Shown one piece after another: positions 31,626-41,798 of a stretch of 64,000 nucleotides of DNA. The number at the start of each line of letters is the position of its first letter. Within the stretch, counting starts at the first letter, position 1. A model generated the notes under the pieces. That model was not told the origin of the DNA, ran no database searches, and saw only the letters and a program-made list of their open reading frames with translations. The DNA comes from a candidate division Zixibacteria bacterium SM23_81 (GTDB taxonomy: Bacteria > SM23-81), in contig LJUY01000009.1 of NCBI GenBank assembly GCA_001304015.1, forward strand, positions 20,481 through 84,480. Direction: 5' to 3'. The position numbers were made by a program, and so were the translations under genes.

Positions 31626-34600
31626 CTATCGGAGCAACACCATCTTTGTGGTCTGTCTAAACGACTCGACCACAACACGGCAGAAATAAATGCCGCTTCC
31701 CACCGGTTGCCCTTTGTCGTCTCTGCCATCCCAGATGAGCCGGTATTCGCCAGCATTTAATCTCGCTCTCAACAAGGACCTTACTTTCTGGCCGGAGACG
31801 TTGTAGATCTCCACCGTGGTCATAAGGGGCAGACGATCTCTGTATCCCATGTTACCAGCTGGGATGCTCATCAGAAGGTGTGTGACAGCGTTGAAGGGAT
31901 TGGGGTAATTCTGGGACAGTCGAAAAGAGAAAGGCTGAGAAGGAGAGGTGTCCGTTGGATCTTGAGCCCGATCGCTGAGGACAGCGCTGGTGATGCTCAC
32001 GTCGTCCACATATACGCCCTCGGCCACTACGGTATCGGCGTCGCTATAGAACCGAAACCGGACCTGCAGGAAGGTCCCCGGCTCGACATGGGGCAGCTCA
32101 TAGGTGTCCTGAAACCAGTCATTGCCTATAAGGGTGCTGTCCAGCGCTCCGCCTGAGCCCAAAAAGTCCAGAACCTCCCAATCCTCGCCGGTGCTGATTT
32201 CCACATAGAGGCCATCAGATCCGTAGGTTGCCAGGTCGTACCAATGCCAGAAGCTCAGCTTCGTGTTCGGACCCACAACCACTGGCATAGTGGTCAGGGA
32301 GCAATCCATGCCGGCTAAGTAGGAAGGTGTAGTGCCGTCCTGCCCACAATACCAACTGGTAGCTCCGGAGTGAGCCCGTCGGGTGGTGAATTTCCAGTAG
32401 GGGCTGGTAGCCCAATGAGACCAATAGTAAGAGTCGCTCTCCAGATCATCCGCGAAGCCCACCTGACCGATGGTTAGCAGCAATGTCTGCTGAAATGAGT
32501 AGCCGTCGCTGGTGGCCCCGCTGATCTCCAACAGCGGAAACCGTGGTTCTGGACAATCAGGAGCCACCAGCAACCGAAAGGTGACCTCCCCTGTGGAGTC
32601 GGCATCCAGATCCCCCAGCGCCACCTGAGGTTGAAGCACCGTTAGGTAGGAATCCTGCGTCTCCAGCTCAACGGCCAACTCCCTGGCCTGTTCGCCTCCC
32701 GAGTTCGTCAACGTGATGGTAAGATCCAGCTCCTCCCCCGCCTCAGGCACACCGTCTCCATCCCCCCAATGGCCATCGTCCAGCCGAAAGGATTGATGGG
32801 ACAAAGACGGTGTGGAAACCAGGATATCGATCTCGTCGCTCCAATTATGGCCGCCCTGGTCTTCCAATTCCAGCTCAAAACGAAGGGAGTGCCCATTTGG
32901 GCAGCCCGCTCCCACGGTGAAGCAACACACCAGACCTGAGGAAATGATCTCACCGGGAGCTATGTCGCCGAAGGAGATAACCGAGTCCTCGACGGCCAGA
33001 TAATCGTCTTGCCAACTGATGGTGGCCGTTACCTCGCGAGCCATCTCATTGCCCCAGTTTTTCAGATTGATGTCCAGGCCAATGCGCTCCTGGGGACTGA
33101 CCACGCCATCCCCGTTACCTGAGATCTCCTGCATGTCGACATGGTGAAGGGTCAAGTGCGGTCCGCTGGAGAAGACTGTTAGGTGGCCCTCGTAGGGCAG
33201 AAAATCGGCACAAGTCACGGTCGTCCATAGGAATTCCGAGGAATCCGGGCAGATGGTGAAACTGGCCTTTCCGTAAAGGTCAGTGGCAGCCCGCCCATAG
33301 ACGCCGGCATCCCCCATGAGACACACCAACGCATCCTTCAGGGCATGGTGACCATCGGAGACGGACACGACCACCAAGCTCGTTTCTGCGGGGATCTGCT
33401 GGGGGTGCTCCACCGTGAGGTGACCAGGAGTTCTGGTCCACAAGGGCATCTCGGGGTCGCCCAAAAGGGTCAGCTGGTACTGGTGCCAACGATAAACGTT
33501 TTCCTGCCGAGATCTGGGCACGTAGAAGGCCTTGGTCGTGGCTAGCGCTTGACCTGCTTTGGTGATGCCGTCCTGGAAAACGGTTTTGAAGAACTGTTGG
33601 TCGAATCGGTCGGAATAACCGTAAAGGGGATTTCCCGGAGAGCCCCAACCGTAGCGAGAGTTGCCAATGAAAGCCACTCCTCCTCCATTGGGATTGTTCA
33701 CAAAATGTTCCGCGATGCAGTCGTGGTCGAAGGCTGCTGGCCAGCAGCCGATGGAGTAAAGTAGGCCCAAGCGACCTCCATTATGTAAGTAATCCATGTC
33801 TGAATTTGTGAGGTAACCTGTTCCCATGCCCATAACTGAGAAATAAGCATGACCGTCGTGATTGATGATGCCCACACCCGCGTTGACGGCCTGTATGAAG
33901 GCGTAAACGCTCTCATTGCCCCAACTCTCATAGAGTTTGGTAACGGGATCGAACTGCGGGGGAAGATAGCGTTCGTCGATGAGCTCTTTGCTCTCGCTGG
34001 CGTCCGTGTATGGATTCTGCCACAGGATTTCCGCAGCAAAGAGGGCCTTCTGCTGATAATCCAGCAGAGCCGGCTTCTCATAGGCCAGCACCTTATCAAC
34101 GAAATTCTCAGCTTGGGCTACGGTGCTTATCGGAGCTCGTCCAACGATCACCTCGGGATAGAGGTCTACCACATCCTCCAGCTCCCCAAACGTATCGTCG
34201 CCGTCGGCGTTCCAATCACCGTCTAGATCAGCATAATAGAGATCGCAAGGAAGATCATTATAGTCGGTCTGTGAATCCATGGCGTAGGCCATTCGATGGG
34301 GAATCAGTTGAGTGTCTGCCGCCAATAGGACCCAGATGGTACCCCAGTTCTGATAGGCATCCAGAATGAATTGCCGAATCCGCTCCTGACGATCAGCGCC
34401 TTCGTATTCTCCATCGATCCAGGTGGTCGATACGACTCGCGCGGGCACCCCCTTCTTGGTCTTCCAGTCGGCTAGAACTTGAAAGGCACCTTGAAATGCC
34501 AGGTCAGTGATGATCACATATTCGGCCAGCTCCTCCAGATAAACCATCTCTCCATGAGCTTCAGGAATCGGAGCCGCCGGAGAGAGATCTCCAGGGTTCA

Positions 34601-35231
34601 GGGCCAGTCGGCTGACCGCCTTCCGCAAAGGATCCCGAACAGCGGAAGTCCTCGATCGCTTTAAGACAGGGCTCTTACCACGAACGGAGAGGTGCACGGC
34701 GAAATCAATCCGCTGGTGAAAACGAACTTTCTGCTCCTCCGGAAGGTATTGTAGGGGATAAACCAGCAGGCTGGCGAGCTGGACCTCACCCATATTACCT
34801 GCACCGGTGTACTCCAGAATTTGGGAGGGGAACACTTCCCCACTCCGGTAGATAGCCGGCTTAGGCCCCACGAAGGGTATAGCCTCTTTCTGTTCTTGGG
34901 TTAGGGAAAGAATCTGGGGAGGCTGGGCAGGATAAATCATGCGCTGGTTCGGCAATAACTGACTTGTGGTACTCAGTATTTCTATGTGATCCACCGTGGT
35001 GTGAAGGGGTATGGCCACCTGCACAGCACAGACCGGCAGTTGGGGCGCTCCCGCTTGGCGGATAAGATCACAATCGCCCAGACGGGGCATATCATAACCA
35101 TCTTGAGTCTGCCAGGTCAATTCGGCAGGATCAAAGGTCACAGAGCCGGTCACCACCTGACTGACTGAGTCCGGCGGCCCCAAGGAGACTATCAGCATCA
35201 GCAGCAAGGTTAATATGAGAGGGCGTTTCAT
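31626..35231 (-). CDS. Secreted C25 (gingipain-family) cysteine peptidase with propeptide, Ig-like domains and FlgD-Ig/T9SS C-terminal domain
   Basis: Signal peptide from ATG 35231 (RBS AAGGAG); EYVIIT, WKTKKG, VGR, NHDGH, IGC, LLGDP; SQNYPNPFN...KMVLLR. Confidence 0.88.
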   Translation of the reverse strand: MKRPLILTLLLMLIVSLGPPDSVSQVVTGSVTFDPAELTWQTQDGYDMPRLGDCDLIRQAGAPQLPVCAVQVAIPLHTTVDHIEILSTTSQLLPNQRMIYPAQPPQILSLTQEQKEAIPFVGPKPAIYRSGEVFPSQILEYTGAGNMGEVQLASLLVYPLQYLPEEQKVRFHQRIDFAVHLSVRGKSPVLKRSRTSAVRDPLRKAVSRLALNPGDLSPAAPIPEAHGEMVYLEELAEYVIITDLAFQGAFQVLADWKTKKGVPARVVSTTWIDGEYEGADRQERIRQFILDAYQNWGTIWVLLAADTQLIPHRMAYAMDSQTDYNDLPCDLYYADLDGDWNADGDDTFGELEDVVDLYPEVIVGRAPISTVAQAENFVDKVLAYEKPALLDYQQKALFAAEILWQNPYTDASESKELIDERYLPPQFDPVTKLYESWGNESVYAFIQAVNAGVGIINHDGHAYFSVMGMGTGYLTNSDMDYLHNGGRLGLLYSIGCWPAAFDHDCIAEHFVNNPNGGGVAFIGNSRYGWGSPGNPLYGYSDRFDQQFFKTVFQDGITKAGQALATTKAFYVPRSRQENVYRWHQYQLTLLGDPEMPLWTRTPGHLTVEHPQQIPAETSLVVVSVSDGHHALKDALVCLMGDAGVYGRAATDLYGKASFTICPDSSEFLWTTVTCADFLPYEGHLTVFSSGPHLTLHHVDMQEISGNGDGVVSPQERIGLDINLKNWGNEMAREVTATISWQDDYLAVEDSVISFGDIAPGEIISSGLVCCFTVGAGCPNGHSLRFELELEDQGGHNWSDEIDILVSTPSLSHQSFRLDDGHWGDGDGVPEAGEELDLTITLTNSGGEQARELAVELETQDSYLTVLQPQVALGDLDADSTGEVTFRLLVAPDCPEPRFPLLEISGATSDGYSFQQTLLLTIGQVGFADDLESDSYYWSHWATSPYWKFTTRRAHSGATSWYCGQDGTTPSYLAGMDCSLTTMPVVVGPNTKLSFWHWYDLATYGSDGLYVEISTGEDWEVLDFLGSGGALDSTLIGNDWFQDTYELPHVEPGTFLQVRFRFYSDADTVVAEGVYVDDVSITSAVLSDRAQDPTDTSPSQPFSFRLSQNYPNPFNAVTHLLMSIPAGNMGYRDRLPLMTTVEIYNVSGQKVRSLLRARLNAGEYRLIWDGRDDKGQPVGSGIYFCRVVVESFRQTTKMVLLR

Positions 35232-35270
35232 CGAAAACTCCTTTCCTATAGTCTGATTTTTCAAGATGTT

Positions 35271-35299
35271 AAAATAGAGAAATTTGAAGCCAGTGTCAA
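35271..35299 (-). promoter_or_regulatory. Sigma70-type promoter of the C25 peptidase gene
   Basis: TTGACA-17 bp-TATTTT on the minus strand. Confidence 0.5.
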
Positions 35300-35319
35300 T
35301 TGAAAAGAGAAGGCTAGTG

Positions 35320-35512
35320 GTAATGGCAAAAGCAATGGCAATGGCAATAGCAAGGGTAATAGCAGTCGACAGGAGGCAGGAAGCAGGAGGCAGCGCCACC
35401 TCCCCTAACCACCCCAATAGGCAATAAGCAGCAAAAGACGAGTAGCAGTTGGAAGTGGCAGTTGGCAGGTTCCTTACGAGTCTCCAGTCTCGGATTTCCC
35501 GATCCCCGTAAT
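35320..35512. repeat. Compound microsatellite locus A
   Basis: GCAATG hexamers, CAGGARG heptamers, AGTTGG-type units, then CAGTCTC/TCCCGAT units. Confidence 0.7.
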
Positions 35513-35548
35513 CCAATTTCTCTAGTTAGTTTCTGACCTCCTCTCACC

Positions 35549-35659
35549 TGTCATGCCTGCGCATGCAGGCATCTCAGAAGGAGAATTACCCTTCGGCTAT
35601 ACCATAAAGTGAGATTCCTGCTCCCCGCCTACGGGGGGACAAGATTCGCAGGAATGACA
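35549..35659. repeat. REPIN/MITE-like inverted doublet (TGTCATKCCTGC...GCAGGAATGACA)
   Basis: Terminal inverted repeats, each arm self-complementary; a small hairpin is nested in the right arm. Confidence 0.6.
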
Positions 35660-35777
35660 AGAAAAAAACGAAAGTCGAGCCTCGATTCACGAGCGACGTT
35701 ACGAGCATCGATACCGACAACCGACCTTGGATTAACTAAAAATATCAAAAACATCCAAATCTCTGAGCTCTCTTCAT

Positions 35778-37142
35778 TCACAACTTTCCAGCTACCTGTC
35801 TCAATACTATCAAAACAGGATCCCATACAGGCGAGACCGGCGGCGCATAGGCCAGGTCCAGGTAGAGCATCTCTGGAACCTTCATGCCTGCATGAAGAGC
35901 CGTGGCGAAAATGTCGATACGCTTGCCGGCCCCCGGTGGCCCGATGATCTGTCCGCCCAGAAATCGGCTGGTATTCTTCTCGGCCACCACCTTGACGGCC
36001 GCAGAACCCCCTCCGGGGTAATATTTTGCTCTTGTCCTGGCCTTGACGAACGCAGTCACGTGATCTATACGTAAGGTCTCGGCCTCCCTGGCCGATAAAC
36101 CGGTACGGGCTACCTCCGTCTCGCCCACCTTGGCGATGGCTGTTCCCACCACGCCGGGAAATTGCGCATCGCCTCCACCCAAGTTGATTCCGGCCACACG
36201 GCCCTGCTTGTTGGCCACGGTGCCCAGGGCGATGAAAACCTTACGGCCGCTGACCAGATGGGTGCACTCCACGCAGTCTCCCGCGGCCCAGACTCCGGGA
36301 ACATGAGTTCTCATATGATTGTCCACAGCGATGGCTCCCGTCTCGCCCAAAGGGATGCCGGCTTCCTTGGCCAGGGCGATGTTGGGCCGGATCCCGATGC
36401 CCAGAATGACCAGATCGGCCGGGAGCAGGCGTTTCGACGTCTTCACTCCAGAGACTCGATTACCTGAGGCCTCAAAGCGCTCCACGCCCTCGCCCAGATA
36501 CAGAGTGACGCCCATCTCCCTGAGCGTATGGGCGATCAATTCGGCCATATCTTCATCCAAGGTGCTCATCACCTGTGGCAGCAGCTCCACCAGAGAGACC
36601 TCCAAGCCCCGTGCCAGCAGGGCTTCGGCCATCTCCAATCCGACATAGCCGCCACCGACGATGACCGCCCGGTGAGTGGACTTCTCCTGCACTGCTTGAC
36701 GGATGGCCAAACCATCTGGGAGAATGGACAGGCTGAAGATGCCCTGTGCGTCGATGCCCGGCAGTTTGGGTCTGATGGGGGATGCACCGGTGGCGATGAG
36801 CAATTTGTCGAACTCCTCCCAAAAAGTTTTGTTTTCTTTAATATTACGGACCCGAATAGCACGCCGATTCAGGTCGATGTTTTCCACTTCGTGAAAAACG
36901 CGAGCGTCGATGTCGTACTTCTGGCGGAATACCTCCGGTGTTCGGGCAACCAGATCCTCGATCTCCTTGATCAAGCCCTCGACATAATAAGGCAGCCCGC
37001 AGGCTCCATAAGATGTGTAGAAGCCCCGCTCAAAAACGGTGATTTTCAGATCCGGCTGCATTCTGCGAGCTTGGGAGGCGGCACTCATCCCTGCCGCATC
37101 ACCACCGATGACAACCAGTCTCTCCCTCAGCTTTGCGCCCAT
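35778..37142 (-). CDS. CoA-disulfide reductase / NADH oxidase family flavoprotein
   Basis: IGGDAAGMSAA, SYGACGLPY (redox Cys), VGGGYVG, AAGDC, LAYAPP. Confidence 0.9.
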   Translation of the reverse strand: MGAKLRERLVVIGGDAAGMSAASQARRMQPDLKITVFERGFYTSYGACGLPYYVEGLIKEIEDLVARTPEVFRQKYDIDARVFHEVENIDLNRRAIRVRNIKENKTFWEEFDKLLIATGASPIRPKLPGIDAQGIFSLSILPDGLAIRQAVQEKSTHRAVIVGGGYVGLEMAEALLARGLEVSLVELLPQVMSTLDEDMAELIAHTLREMGVTLYLGEGVERFEASGNRVSGVKTSKRLLPADLVILGIGIRPNIALAKEAGIPLGETGAIAVDNHMRTHVPGVWAAGDCVECTHLVSGRKVFIALGTVANKQGRVAGINLGGGDAQFPGVVGTAIAKVGETEVARTGLSAREAETLRIDHVTAFVKARTRAKYYPGGGSAAVKVVAEKNTSRFLGGQIIGPPGAGKRIDIFATALHAGMKVPEMLYLDLAYAPPVSPVWDPVLIVLRQVAGKL

Positions 37143-37190
37143 GAGGATCTCCTTTTTGGCCTTCCATATTTTTATTTTCCCTTTCGGATA

Positions 37191-37219
37191 ATACTACCGT
37201 CTTTCAGGTATTTTGTCAA
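37191..37219 (-). promoter_or_regulatory. Sigma70-type promoter
   Basis: TTGACA-17 bp-TAGTAT on the minus strand. Confidence 0.55.
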
Positions 37220-37258
37220 CCCCATTTTGGTGAATTGGCATCATCTCACATAAAAAAT

Positions 37259-37282
37259 GTAGGGGCACAGCATGCTGTGCCC
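37259..37282. repeat. GTAG-type REP hairpin
   Basis: GTAGGGGCACAGCATGCTGTGCCC. Confidence 0.65.
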
Positions 37283-37295
37283 ATCATTTGATTTT

Positions 37296-37412
37296 GTCAT
37301 TGCGAGCGAAGCGAAGCAATCTCCGAACTGCTTTTTGGAAAACGCATCCGCAGTGAGTTTACGTCATTAATCCTTCCAGAGATTGCTTCGTCGCTGCGTT
37401 CCTCGCAATAAC
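37296..37412. repeat. REPIN/MITE-like inverted doublet (GTCATTGCGAG...GAAGCAATCTC / GAGATTGCTTC...CTCGCAATAAC)
   Basis: Two complementary arms around a ~55-bp spacer. Confidence 0.65.
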
Positions 37413-37493
37413 TAACTCTTGTTAAGGTTGCTTCCCACAATAAGCAGAATCACATTCGATCTGCTACCCCTCTGGCTGAGAATAGGCGGATCC

Positions 37494-38945
37494 TTATCTC
37501 AACAATACCATCTTGACGGTCTTGGAATGTCCACCAACCTCCAATCGGGCAAAATAAATCCCCGACGAAAAATCGGCAGCGTTCCAAACGACGTTATGTA
37601 AACCAGTTTCTTGAATTCCTTCAAATAAGGTCGCCACCCGCTGGCCAAGGACGTTATAGACCGAAAGCGTTGCCCGACCGGATTGAGGTAGACTGTAACT
37701 CACAACCGTCTCTGAGTTGAACGGATTGGGATAGTTCTGATGCAACACAAATTCTTTGGGGATGTGTTGAGCCTCATTTTCACCCTCTTCAACAGCTGTA
37801 GGCCAACCGGCATTGCTGCCGCCATAGGCTCCCATATCTGACCTCATCATGCCTAATCCATGAAAGCAATCCGACATTAAGTCTATATTGTAAGGGTGGC
37901 CCATGTCGATGCAGGGAGAATCAAAGGGATCGCCGCAGTAGGTAGCCATGAGATGAAAATCATCGTTTTCAGGATCACGGAAGAGAGGATCCTCGTCGAT
38001 ATTGCCCTCGCCATCCCAACCGCCCTGAACGTCGGAGTAAGTGACGGAAGGCCCCACACTACCTGGAGATATCTCATCCGGCGAATCATCCCACAGGATG
38101 CAATTTGTGATCGTTGAATAAAAAGCAGCACGAGAGGTCACGTGGCCGTTATTGCCCGTGATGACGAAGTTCGCAAAGCTCATAGGGAGGAGAGTGAAAA
38201 AAATTCCACCCCCAAATTCAGCCGAGTTCCCCGTAATAGTGCAATTGACAATGCTTGCGAAAGAAGTATGGTTATGAATCCCACCACCGCTATAAGTAGC
38301 CTCATTCCTGGCAATGACGCAGTTGGCCAATATCACTCCCGGGCCATAGTACCAGATCCCACCGCCTCTGAAAGCCCTATTTTCCATTATTTCACAATTG
38401 GTGAAGCAAGGAGCGCACGTCAAACACCAGATCCCACCGCCGTCATACACTGCCATGTTCTCTGTGATTATGCAGTTAGCAATGCTCGGGGAGGAATTTT
38501 CACACTTGATAGCTCCGCCATAGTCAGCAAGCCCATTCCGAACGGTTAAACCCTCCAGCTTCGAACCACGGCCTTCTCCAACATGAAAGAAGAATCCCCT
38601 TCCATCCTTCTCACAATCAATGATGCTTGAATCCGACCCGTTTTCCGATCGAACCACGATGGCCTTACCCAAAAAGTCGATGTTCTTGTTCCCCTCCCCT
38701 GTGTAAACCCCATCGGCCACCAGCACCGTGTCACCAGCTTCAGCTCCATTGATACCCGCCTGGACGGTGCTGGAGTCTTCGGGCACGTGAATGGTTTTTG
38801 ACCAGCTATAAGGCGCGACTAATAGGATTATCCCCATGGTTAGGTTAGCCACGAAAAAACCCACGGACAACTTTCTCACCAGCCCGTGGGTAGACTTCCA
38901 CAACTTTTTTGCTAAGGGAATTATGTGATGAATTACCCCTCTCAT
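37494..38945 (-). CDS. Secreted right-handed parallel beta-helix protein with T9SS/FlgD-Ig C-terminal domain
   Basis: GGAI/GGGI..N repeats, GDTVLVADGVY, HQNYPNPFN...KMVLLR. Confidence 0.82.
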   Translation of the reverse strand: MRGVIHHIIPLAKKLWKSTHGLVRKLSVGFFVANLTMGIILLVAPYSWSKTIHVPEDSSTVQAGINGAEAGDTVLVADGVYTGEGNKNIDFLGKAIVVRSENGSDSSIIDCEKDGRGFFFHVGEGRGSKLEGLTVRNGLADYGGAIKCENSSPSIANCIITENMAVYDGGGIWCLTCAPCFTNCEIMENRAFRGGGIWYYGPGVILANCVIARNEATYSGGGIHNHTSFASIVNCTITGNSAEFGGGIFFTLLPMSFANFVITGNNGHVTSRAAFYSTITNCILWDDSPDEISPGSVGPSVTYSDVQGGWDGEGNIDEDPLFRDPENDDFHLMATYCGDPFDSPCIDMGHPYNIDLMSDCFHGLGMMRSDMGAYGGSNAGWPTAVEEGENEAQHIPKEFVLHQNYPNPFNSETVVSYSLPQSGRATLSVYNVLGQRVATLFEGIQETGLHNVVWNAADFSSGIYFARLEVGGHSKTVKMVLLR

Positions 38946-38995
38946 AGTTAGCCCTCCCCTTCGGGGAGGAAGATATAGCTATCTTTTTCACCTTC

Positions 38996-39024
38996 ATTTT
39001 AGCATATATCACCCCATTTGTCAA
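38996..39024 (-). promoter_or_regulatory. Sigma70-type promoter (extended -10)
   Basis: TTGACA-17 bp-TAAAAT with TGn on the minus strand. Confidence 0.55.
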
Positions 39025-39067
39025 CAGAAAAAAAGTCGAGATGTAGAATCCAGGCGTGCGATGGTAT

Positions 39068-39604
39068 TTACCAATTCGCGGGATTATTCCGGTCCAATTC
39101 CCATTTGAGGGGATTATTCACGATGTATTCGCGGATAAGGCGTAATTCGGTTTCACTACGGATGACATGATCATAAAAGTTGCGCTGCCAGATTGGTCTT
39201 CCGGGCGTTTTTATGATTTTATTGATTTCCTTGGTAGATGCAGTCTTAAACGCGCCGATCAATCGGCCTAACGCCTTGCGCCTTGGTACAACCGCTGTAG
39301 GGGCGGTTCGCGAACCGCCCCTACATACATTCTCATCGGCTATGACGACGATTCCATGCAGGTGATTCGGCATAATCACCCATTTATCCAATTTCACATA
39401 GGAATATCGAAGGGGTAACCATCTCCAATATCGCTTCACCAACAACCCTAATCGGTTCAGGCAGACATGCCCCTCGCGAACCCTTCCAAAAAGGCATATC
39501 CTATCCTGTGTACATATGGTCACATAATAATATCCCGCCTGCGAATAATCGTAATTCCGTAAACGAATAGAACGCCTTTGATGTCTTCCACGATGTCTGC
39601 GCAT
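39068..39604 (-). mobile_element. REP-associated tyrosine transposase (RAYT, Y1 HUH)
   Basis: RRSIRL..YDY, YYVTIC, IMPNHLHGI (HUH), WQRNFYDHVIR, EYIVNNP; adjacent REPs. Confidence 0.9.
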
Positions 39605-39616
39605 GGCGTTCTCCTG

Positions 39617-39808
39617 GGGGGCAAGGTGACCTCGCCCTTGATTCTTATGTTTCCTTGTGCAAGGTGGGGCGGGAAACCCAACCCCTACAAGCTACTTCCC
39701 CCTCACCCCAACCCCGGGCGAGGGAACCTCGCCCCTACAATTTCATTATATTGCTATTGCCATTGCCATGGCTATTGCCATCGCGGGCACGGCATGCCGC
39801 GCCCCTAC
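39617..39808. repeat. Cluster of four GGGC...GCCCCTAC REP hairpins upstream of RAYT
   Basis: Hairpins at ~39617-39637, 39664-39688, 39716-39738, 39785-39808, interleaved with TTGCCA hexamers. Confidence 0.7.
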
Positions 39809-39814
39809 AGATTC

Positions 39815-41545
39815 CTACCCCAACGGCGCTCGAACGGTCTCATCCCTGGTGAACACGGTGTATATCAGATACCCCATGACGATGGTCACCGCTATGAGGA
39901 CAAATCCCTGCCAGACCGGTCCCAGAATGAGCTTACCGACACCGATCAATGCGGCGTAGATCCCGATGACGGCGGCGACATACCCCTTCAGATTGCTCAA
40001 GCCGACGCGGTCGTTCTCTGTGCCGGGGATCTTGGCCCGGATCCTCTTCCATCCGGGACCGCCTGGGCGGACGTGCTTGTAAAACTCGATCAGCTTCTCC
40101 TCCCGGGTCGGCTTGGTGATGAAGGTGACGATAACCCAAACCGCCACCGAGAGCGGGATGATGTACAGGAGGGTCAGGGGAAACTCTATGGAAGTGAAAA
40201 AGGTCAGGTAGATGCTCATCAGCACCGAGGTGGTGATGGCAGAGATCTCGCTCCAGGCGTTGATCCGCCACCAGTACCAGCGCAGCAGATAGACCACACC
40301 GATGCCGGCGTTCACCGAGGTGATGATGTACCAACCAAAGACGATGGAGCTCATCATGAAGGCCACCAGCGCGCCAACGGCGGCGATGATGATGGTGGCT
40401 ACGATGGAGGCCCGTACGTAGTGTTTTTCGGAGCCCTCTTTCTTTAGGAAGCGGCGGTATAAATCGTTGATCAAATAGGAGGCGCCCCAGTTGAGCTGGG
40501 TGTCGATAGTGGAAAGGAAAGCGGCCATGAAACCAGCCAGGGCCAGGCCCAACAGGCCCGCCGGGAGGAATTTGAGCATCACCCGGATGTAGCCCATCTC
40601 GGGGTCTTCCATCTGGGGGAAAACCACGATGGCCACCAAGCCGACCACGATCCAGGGCCAGGTGCGCACGCAATAGTGGGCGACGTTACCCCATAAAAAT
40701 CCCAGCCTGGCGTGCTTCTCGTCCTTTGCAGACAGCATCCGCTGGGCGAAATATGAGCCCCCATCCGTGTTCCCGCTGGTCCACCACTGAAGTCCCACGT
40801 AGATGAAGAAGAATCCTATGGGCAAAAGCGCCGAGTGCCAGGGGACGATGGCGGTGATGTCGGCTGCTTTTTCCACCCCCATCACCTGCCTCAACTGGGC
40901 CAGCACATTTCCCATACCTCCGGATTTACTCACTGCGATGACGGCTAGCAGGATCGAGGTGAACAGGGCGGTGCAGAACTCGATGAAGTCGGTGATGACC
41001 ACACCCCACAATCCGGACAACGACGTGTACAGGACGGCCACCACGAAGCAGAATCCCACCGCCTGCCACTTGGGAAGCCCCAGGACGCCGCCCATGATCT
41101 TGGCCATAGCCAACATCACCCAGCCCATGACGATGGTGTTGTAGACCAGGGGAAAATACAGGGCCCGGAAGCCCCGCAGGAAGCTGGCCGACTTATCCGA
41201 GTAGCGCAGCTCTGCGAACTCAGTATCGGTGACCACTTTCGACCGGCGCCACAGACGCGAGTAGAAGAACACCCCCAACATGCCGGCCAGGGCGCTGCTC
41301 CACCAGTACCAGTTGCCGGCGATGCCCTTGGAGCGGACCAAACCGCTGACGGCCAGGGGCGTGTCGGCGGCGAATGTGGTGGCCACGATGGAGGTGCCCA
41401 GCAGCCACCAGGGCAGCTTGCGGCCGGCCACGAAGTAGCTCTCCATATTGGTCTGCGCCCGCTTGGAGAGGATAATGCCCAAGACGATGACCAGAACAAC
41501 ATATCCGAATATGATGGTCCAGTCGACGGCGGCGAGGGCGTTCAT
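39815..41545 (-). CDS. Sodium:solute symporter (SSS) family transporter
   Basis: About 14 TM helices; YFVAGRKLPWW, ATTFAADTPL, AQRMLSAKDE; RBS GGAGG before ATG 41545. Confidence 0.9.
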   Translation of the reverse strand: MNALAAVDWTIIFGYVVLVIVLGIILSKRAQTNMESYFVAGRKLPWWLLGTSIVATTFAADTPLAVSGLVRSKGIAGNWYWWSSALAGMLGVFFYSRLWRRSKVVTDTEFAELRYSDKSASFLRGFRALYFPLVYNTIVMGWVMLAMAKIMGGVLGLPKWQAVGFCFVVAVLYTSLSGLWGVVITDFIEFCTALFTSILLAVIAVSKSGGMGNVLAQLRQVMGVEKAADITAIVPWHSALLPIGFFFIYVGLQWWTSGNTDGGSYFAQRMLSAKDEKHARLGFLWGNVAHYCVRTWPWIVVGLVAIVVFPQMEDPEMGYIRVMLKFLPAGLLGLALAGFMAAFLSTIDTQLNWGASYLINDLYRRFLKKEGSEKHYVRASIVATIIIAAVGALVAFMMSSIVFGWYIITSVNAGIGVVYLLRWYWWRINAWSEISAITTSVLMSIYLTFFTSIEFPLTLLYIIPLSVAVWVIVTFITKPTREEKLIEFYKHVRPGGPGWKRIRAKIPGTENDRVGLSNLKGYVAAVIGIYAALIGVGKLILGPVWQGFVLIAVTIVMGYLIYTVFTRDETVRAPLG

Positions 41546-41627
41546 GTATGAACCTCCATTCGTTGAGAGGGTTAATGAATACTCATGTGTTTTCTTTTCA
41601 AACCAAAAAAGCTGAGCATAATACAAA

Positions 41628-41766
41628 GGATTCAAGGATTCCCCTTCCTCCCAGCTTCACCACCCCAGGATCCGAGGATTCAAGTGAAAACCGAAAATCA
41701 AAATCCATGTATAAAAGCGGGATGGGGTGGCACTCGAATCCTTGAATCCTTGACCCCTTGAATCCT
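41628..41766. repeat. ~130-bp GGATTCRA-repeat element, copy 1
   Basis: Homologous to 48944-49072 and 52095-52232. Confidence 0.85.
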
Positions 41767-41798
41767 CTTATTTTGAAATCCTGGAATCCTGTTTTTAT

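Noticed and set aside
35232-35516. 95-aa N-terminal extension of the C25 peptidase in the ORF track
   Set aside because: It reads through microsatellite repeats; RBS, signal peptide and promoter support ATG 35231
39578-40447. 289-aa plus-strand ORF and other long antisense ORFs
   Set aside because: Shadow frames of GC-rich genes, or spanning REP repeats; no recognisable motifs
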